In this document: positions 9,701 to 15,606 of the stretch, piece by piece
Numbering within the stretch: the first letter of the stretch is position 1
Layout: every line of letters starts with the position of its first letter
From: Azolla caroliniana
Lineage: Eukaryota; Plantae; Polypodiophyta
DNA: 15,606 bases
Assembly (NCBI GenBank): GCA_043228905.1
Contig: JBHGNT010000790.1
Span: 1-15,606, forward strand
Direction: 5' to 3'
Notes under the pieces: generated by a model
Seen by the model: only the letters and a program-made list of their open reading frames with translations
What the model was told of the DNA's origin: nothing
Database searches by the model: none
Program-made: the position numbers and the translations under genes

Positions 9701-12075
9701 GGTTCCCTGTTTTCATTAATTTTTAGATGTTTGGGGATTACAATTAGATGAACCATATGGGAATCATGTTTGATTTACTGGTCTTTTAACTCTGAATTTT
9801 AACTAACAAATGAATGTTATTCTTTTGGAGAGCAATATTTAGTTTCTAGTTTGTTGGTTGCAAGTTTATTGTAGCAATTGCAATGCTGAGTCCTTTGAAT
9901 CTGCAATGAATAGGCACAACAGCTTTTCCAGAGGGATGCACAGACAATTACACCTGAAGCACTTGAAAATGTAAAGGCTGCGCTTGCAAGTGGAGATAAT
10001 GAACACAAAACAGAGGCAAAGAAAAAGGCCATTCCTCGTAAAGCAGCTGGACAGACATGGGAGGATCCTACACTCTCTGATTGGCCTGAAAGTATGTTGT
10101 TCCTTTCGTGCAATATTTCGTTGTGACTTAATAACTGTTCCCCCATTCTTTGTTGGTTAAACTTCAAAAAGTTCCGCAGTTTCTGAATGCGTCTTCTTTT
10201 AGAATAGGATCAGTATTGACATAGCTTGTTATGAGTTGGTTTTAAAATTGTGGCAACATACACAGCGGAAATACCTGAAAAAGAAGCAGAACATCATCCC
10301 ACTATACTGAAGGATTTTTTTAATAGCATAATGGACCTTTGGGTTTCTATCCATTATTCAATTAGGCAATAATGATGCTTAATAGACGGAGAAATCTCTT
10401 GGCCATAAAATCTAAATGCTAAAATTTTCTTCTTCTGCTCATGTAATCAAGCTTCACGAACAAAATTGACCGTCCTTTTTTAAATTATCTCTGACTTCAG
10501 TCTAAAATAAACTCCATTCATATTTTTGAATATGGATTTTTTTATGGCTGACTTGGTCATAGTTGATGTAACATTTTGCATTTCGTTGTTTCAGATGATT
10601 ACCGCCTTTTTTGTGGGGATCTAGGAAATGAAGTGAATGATGAAGTCTTGACAAAAGCATTCGCAAAATATACAAATTTCAATATGGCAAGGGTAAAGAC
10701 TCTTCTCTACTTCTCATGATGGTAACTTAGAGGTATAATGAGTTATTCTTGAGGCTTTGGCGGAATATAAATGCTGCTTGATAAGTGATCTTTATGCATC
10801 AAACCTGTAGGAATGAATTCAAGCTACTGCTGTTCTTCTACAGTCTTTTCTGAGCAGAACATAAAATGTGCTTGGCTATTGTTCTCCCAGGTAGTTTGCA
10901 TACCTCCCCACATATTGGCACACATGTATCTTCCAAGTTCTACCCTCAATGTGTCAGAAGCCATGTTTAGAGTTTCTCCATCACACCAAGAAATTGTTGG
11001 TATATATTGGTTTCTGTAATTAGACTCCATGTTTTCATTACATCATTCCAAGGATAAAACTTTATGTTATTGCTTATGTTCTAAACCGTCTAATTCTCTA
11101 AATGAGCCATGGTCCATCATGAATAAGTATTTGCCAGTAAATTTGTCTCCCACACGATTCACTAGATACGTTTGTTGACCATTGTTGTTTTCTGACATTT
11201 TTTGCTGTCACTCATGGACTTGTCCCTGAACTGAGACCATTCATTGTATGTCAGCATCGATCAGTCACTATTAAGCATTTGTTTTCACCATATGCAATTG
11301 TAAGGTGTTTTGAAACAACTCGCATTGCACAAAATTAAATACCTCTGCTCGAGGTGTACTTTCTGTATCAGTGTACATGTGATTGAAGGCATATGTCATG
11401 AATTGCAAATTTCCAAAGAATGATTGGTTTGATAACACAGAATATTTCTAAATATATTCTCTTTCTATGACCCAGACAAATATAGCTAAAACATTGTATG
11501 GACTTGAAAATAGGTAGTTCGGGATAAACGCACGGGAAAGACCAAGGGCTATGGCTTTGTGAGTTTTTCAACTCCAGCAGAGCTTGCACTAGCAATGAAG
11601 GAAATGAATGGTATGTTGAATTGGTGTCTGTGACTGTATTCTCGTGTCATTGTTTTGGGTAAGGCACCAAAATGCTGCAAACTTTTAGATATTTAAGAGA
11701 ATACCAATAAATTTTGAAGAATTCCCTTCTAATAGTAAATTCAGTAATACCTGAAATGTTTTGGGGTACTTCGGTGTTTTTCCATTCGATTTAACGTCAG
11801 AAGATTTCTTAGTTTTTACTCTTTCCACTGGGCTGTGGTTCAAGTTTCTTATCTTCACCTTATTTTTCTGTAGGTAAATATGTAGGCAACCGGCCAATAA
11901 AGCTTCGTAAAAGCACGTGGAAGGAACGGACAGATGCAGAGGCACTAGAGAAGCACAAGGTATGTTGTCTTATTTTGCGTTAGGTTTTGATGGAATGACA
12001 CTTACCCTTCTTTTATTGTTTTTATAGAGTAATAAACGTCCTCGGATTACAAAGAAAAATGTACTACACAAATGA
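6568..12075 (+). CDS. RBM42: RNA-binding protein 42-like (single C-terminal RRM, tri-snRNP-associated splicing factor), 7 exons, 342 aa
   Basis: Exons 6568-6738, 7316-7666, 9914-10091, 10595-10692, 11514-11610, 11874-11959 and 12028-12075, all GT-AG with phases 0,0,1,0,1,0; total 1029 nt. Signature RKAAGQTWEDPTLSDWPENDYRLFCGDLGNEVND...RDKRTGKTKGYGFVSF...EMNGKYVGNRPIKLRKS...VLHK*. Confidence 0.95.
7316..7666 (+). CDS. RBM42: RBM42 exon 2 (Pro/Gln-rich)
   Basis: CCAG|GCA; contains SSQFTY and YFPVPIHLQQ, typical of plant RBM42; donor CAG|GTATAT. Confidence 0.88.
7907..8360. repeat. Diverged ~80-bp direct repeat pair in RBM42 intron 2
   Basis: gagagagaat...gaggccaaatttggtgtatgggaccaaatcaacatattatctt (7907-7990) versus gagagagaaat...gaggccaaaatggtttataagaccaaacaagagattacatctt (8277-8360); spacing about 368 nt. 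Confidence 0.55.
9914..10091 (+). CDS. RBM42: RBM42 exon 3
   Basis: AQQLFQRDAQTITPEALENVKAALA...WEDPTLSDWPE; donor A|GTATGT. Confidence 0.95.
10595..10692 (+). CDS. RBM42: RBM42 exon 4 (RNP2)
   Basis: TTTCAG|AT; NDYRLFCGDLGNEVNDEVLTKAFAKYTNFNMAR; donor AGG|GTAAAG. Confidence 0.95.
11514..11610 (+). CDS. RBM42: RBM42 exon 5 (RNP1)
   Basis: VVRDKRTGKTKGYGFVSFSTPAELALAMKEMN; donor G|GTATGT. Confidence 0.95.
11874..11959 (+). CDS. RBM42: RBM42 exon 6
   Basis: TTTTTCTGTAG|GT; GKYVGNRPIKLRKSTWKERTDAEALEKHK; donor AAG|GTATGT. Confidence 0.95.
12028..12075 (+). CDS. RBM42: RBM42 exon 7 (terminal)
   Basis: TTTTTATAG|AGT; SNKRPRITKKNVLHK-TGA after a 68-nt intron. Confidence 0.9.
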   Translation, partial: SNKRPRITKKNVLHK

Positions 12076-12467
12076 TTGTTTCCAAAGGGGGCTTGTAAGA
12101 GTACAGACACTACATGGCTTTTTGTCTTGGGCAGCCCGATTAACTAACTGCTATTGCTTCATATAACCTCTCATTTAGACATCTACAGTATTCCTTAAAT
12201 GATGAAAAAGGTGATAACTGCCCTTCACACAAGAACACTTGTACTTTTCCTTGGAAGAGACACAATGCCAAACTACAGAAAGCAAGGCATTTGGAAATAT
12301 ATGATGGTATAGTCTTACCAAGGGTTTCCCTTCTCTTATATCTATCAAGATCCAATTTGATGTGATGAAGGTTTTTCACAAATTTTAGTGTTAGGAGGAG
12401 TTGGGTTAAGTTCTAGTATTTGAATGGTTCATAAAGTTGGTGGGGATTTGTCTCTTCATCCAAATGT

Positions 12468-12632
12468 TGCATGCCGAAAACAAACTTTGGTGGTCTCTCA
12501 CACTTGTCTAGCTGTGCATAGCATTTGGCATGTGTACGCAATTCCTGTTTTGGATGCATGCTGAAAACAAATGTTGGTGATCTCTCACACTTGTCTAGTT
12601 GTGAAGCATTTGGCATGTGTAAGCCATTCCTG
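12468..12632. repeat. Tandem duplication, 87-bp period, 2 copies
   Basis: tgcatgc[c/t]gaaaacaaa...tctctcacacttgtctag...agcatttggcatgtgta...attcctg at 12468 and 12555. Confidence 0.9.
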
Positions 12633-12965
12633 ATATATTTCAAAGCACAAAAATAAAAATTGAATTTCCATAAAAACTTAAGGCTATCATCCCATAAGTA
12701 GAGGAATTATCTGCTGCTGGATTATGCAACATAGATATGTATGTGTCAGGATAGCTTTTCTATGCAAGTCATAAATATAAGTGATATTGAATGCAGTTTT
12801 CTGCCTCTCAATGTATCACTAGTTAAAATATTTTTGGATAGGGACGTACATGACTCAATGTTTTGTAGGTCATGGTGATATGGTTCACATTGAAAAGTTC
12901 TTGGATTGTCGAAGGTTTCAAAGTTTACAGTTGTATAGTGCTCGTAATCAGTGTATTGCTCATTC

Positions 12966-13381
12966 TGAGAATTCTAGATTAGTGTAAGACTTGAAGGTTT
13001 GTTAATGGATTCAACTCTTGATTCTGGACAATTGAAAACAATGGAACCATGTGAATGAAAACTTGAGTTTTGATTTTGAGAATTCTAGATTAGTGTAAGA
13101 CTTGAAGACTTGAAGGTTTGTTAATGGATTCAACTCTTGATTCCAGTCAATTGAAAACAATGGAACCATATGAATGAAAACTTGAATTTTGATTTTGAGA
13201 ATTCTAGATTAGTGTAAGACTGAAGACTTGAAGGTTTGTTAATGGATTCAACTCTTGATTCCGGTCAATTGGAAACAATGGAACCATATGAATCAAAACT
13301 TGAGTTTTGATTTTGAGAATTCTAGATTAGTATAATTCATGATTCCTGTCAATTGGAAACATTAGGACCATGTGAATGAAA
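12966..13381. repeat. Tandem array, 111-119 bp unit, three full copies plus one truncated copy
   Basis: Unit starts TGAGAATTCTAGATTAGT at 12966, 13077, 13196 and 13314; copies 2 and 3 carry an extra (ACT)TGAAG duplication. Confidence 0.95.
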
Positions 13382-13464
13382 TTCATAGATCCATTACCAT
13401 GATGCATAAATGCAAAAGAAGAGTTGGTGTATAAATGCTTCTCTATGTTAGAAAATTCAAGGTC

Positions 13465-13631
13465 TATATGGTAATAAGAGTGTGTACTTTGATTCATATC
13501 ATGGGAGAACCTTTATAACAATGAATTGTTTGACAACCCTTTTCTACTTTGGAAACTCAAACTTTATATGGTATGAGTGTGTACTTTGATTCAGATAATT
13601 TGACTATCTTATAACAATGAATTTTTGGACA
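13465..13631. repeat. Diverged tandem duplication, ~100-bp period
   Basis: tatatggta..gagtgtgtactttgattca...ttataacaatgaatt...gaca at 13465 and 13565. Confidence 0.85.
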
Positions 13632-13739
13632 TAAAATGAAGAAAGAGATCATTGGAGAGTGGTAAAGAATGGTCATCAATTGCATGCAGAATGAGTCACT
13701 CATACTAGCAATCAATTTTACAAAATGAATCCTAGAATC

Positions 13740-13952
13740 CATTGTATGGTTATTCACTTCAAATGGAATTTTAGAATCCAGTACAGGATTGGACAATCAC
13801 TGACGAACAAGTGAGCTATCACTCTCACTTGTATGCTTCAGAGCATTGTATGGTTATTCACTTTGAAAGGAATCCTAGAATCCAGTATAGGATTGGTCAC
13901 TCACGAGCAAGTGAGCTATCACTCTCATTAGACCACTTGTATGCTTCAGAGC
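13740..13952. repeat. Tandem duplication, 104-bp period, 2 copies
   Basis: cattgtatggttattcactt...tagaatccagta.aggattgg...caagtgagctatcactctca...cttgtatgcttcagagc at 13740 and 13844. Confidence 0.92.
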
Positions 13953-14732
13953 TCTATTTAATATGGATTCTTTGATATGATCTTGTGCTTCCTTTGTTAC
14001 TTGTAAGGAAGCATGGTAATATAAAATAGGGGCAATGATGATTGTAGAGGCAATGCTGATTAAACGAGTGTTTTGAGAAACAGTAAAGCAAAAGATAGCC
14101 ACTAGAGAAAATGGGATTGTTGATAGGCCAAGACTGAAAATGGGATGAACTGAAAATGACAAAAGCTGAAGCAAACTTATTGGACTTGTACTCGGATTAG
14201 ATGTAGAGTTGGTGGGAGTAGAAGGCATAAGTAGACAAGCTGTATGCAAAATGCAAAATGTTGTCATGGCACCTCATTCGGCTCTGATGTTTATTCGACA
14301 CATTGAAAATGCCTAGAGCATCTTTCGAGATCATTGAGATCAGATGGCCGTCATGCAGTCAGTGAAATAACAACACTTTCTTTCAATATGATTACATGCA
14401 TTCTGAGAATGTATTTGGAGGCAGTTTGATAGTATTTTAAACTCCAAAACACAATGGACTAGTGGAACGTCATAATTGAACGATTGCAGAAATGGTCTGA
14501 TGGTAGGAAACTTGATTTTGCACGATTCAAAAGAGGCATAGAGTGCATGATTCTACTAAAGCTGATTCGAAGATGTTGACTTGGAAGAGGACATGGTGAG
14601 CCGTAAGCAACTCAATTAGGCCTGACACTGAAGCAAGTCCATTGATAGAAAGATCATATGGTTTGTTTGAGAAGATTTGAAGAGAAGAGTGGTGCACGGA
14701 CAATGGAAGCATCATCACACCAAAATTGTCAA

Positions 14733-15064
14733 CCTAACCCTGATGGTAATGATCCACCGGACCGACCTCTATGGAAGTGATAAAGGAGCATTTCAGGTGG
14801 ATTGAAGGGACAACAACATAGGACTTACTGAATCAATCAGAAAGTGGACAGCTACAAGGTGAAGCTCATAGAGCCTCCGAGTATGTGCAAAGGAAATGCC
14901 TAACCCTGATGGTAATGATCCACCGGACCGACCTCTATGGAAGTGATAAAGGAGCATTTCAGGTGGATTGAAGGGACAACAACATAGGACTTACTGAATC
15001 AATCAGAAAGTGGACAGCTACAAGGTGAAGCTCATAGAGCCTCCGTGTATGTGCAAAGGAAATG
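14733..15064. repeat. Near-perfect 166-bp head-to-tail duplication
   Basis: 14733-14898 matches 14899-15064 with one mismatch seen (A14880/T15046). Confidence 0.97.
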
Positions 15065-15606
15065 AGAAGATTCCGAGGATTCTTCTTCACTAATTGCGAG
15101 GCTCAAGATGATTCAGATTATCTTGTCACATCTGTGGTGCAACAATTGTCGGCCACATCATATGGATGTCAAATCTGCAACTGTAAATGATATTCCTCAT
15201 TAATGGGTGGACATCATAAATGAAATTCCTCATATAACAGGTGGATTTAGGAGATTCCTCATATAACAGATCTAAGTCTGAGTTCTAGATGACATTAGGA
15301 TTGAATACGATATCAATCTCGAACAATGGATAAAGCTTTCCAAATATTTTCATTTAAATTAGGCTAGGGATATGGAGTACAAAAGGTTAACTTCTGAACT
15401 TTTATTTCATCCATACGTTTGGAATATTTTCATGGACAAAGCATGAAGCAATAAAACATCTCAGCATGAAACAATCGAACATCTTGCTGTCAGTACCACG
15501 TGACAAACTATAGACAATTAGGATGCAAAGAATCCAATGTTTACATGAGTGAACCAACACAATAAACATCCACCATAACTCATTCAATCACACAAATCCC
15601 AAGTTT
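14733..15606 (+). mobile_element. Degraded, internally deleted Ty1/copia pol relic (RT and RNase H)
   Basis: Ordered copia motifs: KVDSYKVKLI (cf. VDRYKARLV), YVQRK*EDSEDSSSLIARLKMIQIIL (cf. YxQxxGIDYxETFSPVAR), HHMDVKSA at 15156-15179 (cf. HQMDVKSAFLNG), N*ARDMEYKRLTS (cf. DWAGD..RKSTS), GIFSWT/SMKQ (cf. GAISWxSKKQ), KNPMF/HE*T at 15528 (cf. KNPVFHERTKH). Confidence 0.85.

Larger units (their letters stand above)
12860..14720 (+). pseudogene. Decayed PLS-class pentatricopeptide-repeat (PPR) gene relic
   Basis: Interrupted PPR-like phrases on the + strand: MKKEIIGEW*RMVINCMQN (13639-13695), MVIH..ILES.GLD (13746-13794), GLDVELVG..VDKLYAKC (14194-14254; cf. LVDMYAKC), WNVII (14463-14477), DMVS (~14590), LIERSYGLFEKI*REEWCTD (14642-14701). 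Many stops and frameshifts; left boundary uncertain. Confidence 0.5.

Noticed and set aside
7667-9913. Intronic ORFs or snoRNAs in RBM42 intron 2
   Set aside because: ORFs are short, mostly non-ATG and motif-free; no convincing C/D or H/ACA box pair with a terminal stem.
10693-11513. U12-type intron as the explanation for weak acceptors
   Set aside because: Donors lack the GTATCCTT consensus, and A-rich acceptors also occur in the FRO gene.
9817-11945. Minus-strand ORFs 9817-10167, 11368-11595 and 11685-11945
   Set aside because: Antisense to RBM42 exons; no coding signal of their own.
12966-13381. CRISPR-like array
   Set aside because: Whole units repeat with no unique spacers, there are no cas genes, and the context is eukaryotic.
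14731-14743. Telomere-like AACCTAACCCTGA at the duplication start
   Set aside because: Fewer than two good units and not the plant CCCTAAA repeat.

Overview
Eukaryotic land-plant nuclear DNA (probably a fern or other non-seed plant; this is inference) with GT-AG introns, not a prokaryotic locus. It holds two divergently transcribed genes. (1) Minus strand: an FRO6/FRO7-like ferric-chelate reductase, with six phase-consistent exons from ATG 2994 running off the left edge. It is long and divergent, with an HMFS FAD motif, an H-x13-H second heme pair, and Lys7, Asp6Glu6 and His-rich tracts. (2) Plus strand: a complete 7-exon RBM42-type RRM splicing factor (6568-12075, 342 aa) with an N-terminal helix resembling that of animal RBM42. 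Between them are microsatellites, an orphan TATA/ABRE/GCC-box cluster and a decayed LINE endonuclease. Downstream of RBM42 are a decayed PPR-like tract, five separate 87-166 bp tandem duplications and an internally deleted Ty1/copia RT-RNaseH relic. No tRNA, rRNA or CRISPR was seen. Family comparisons are from recalled sequences, not database searches.
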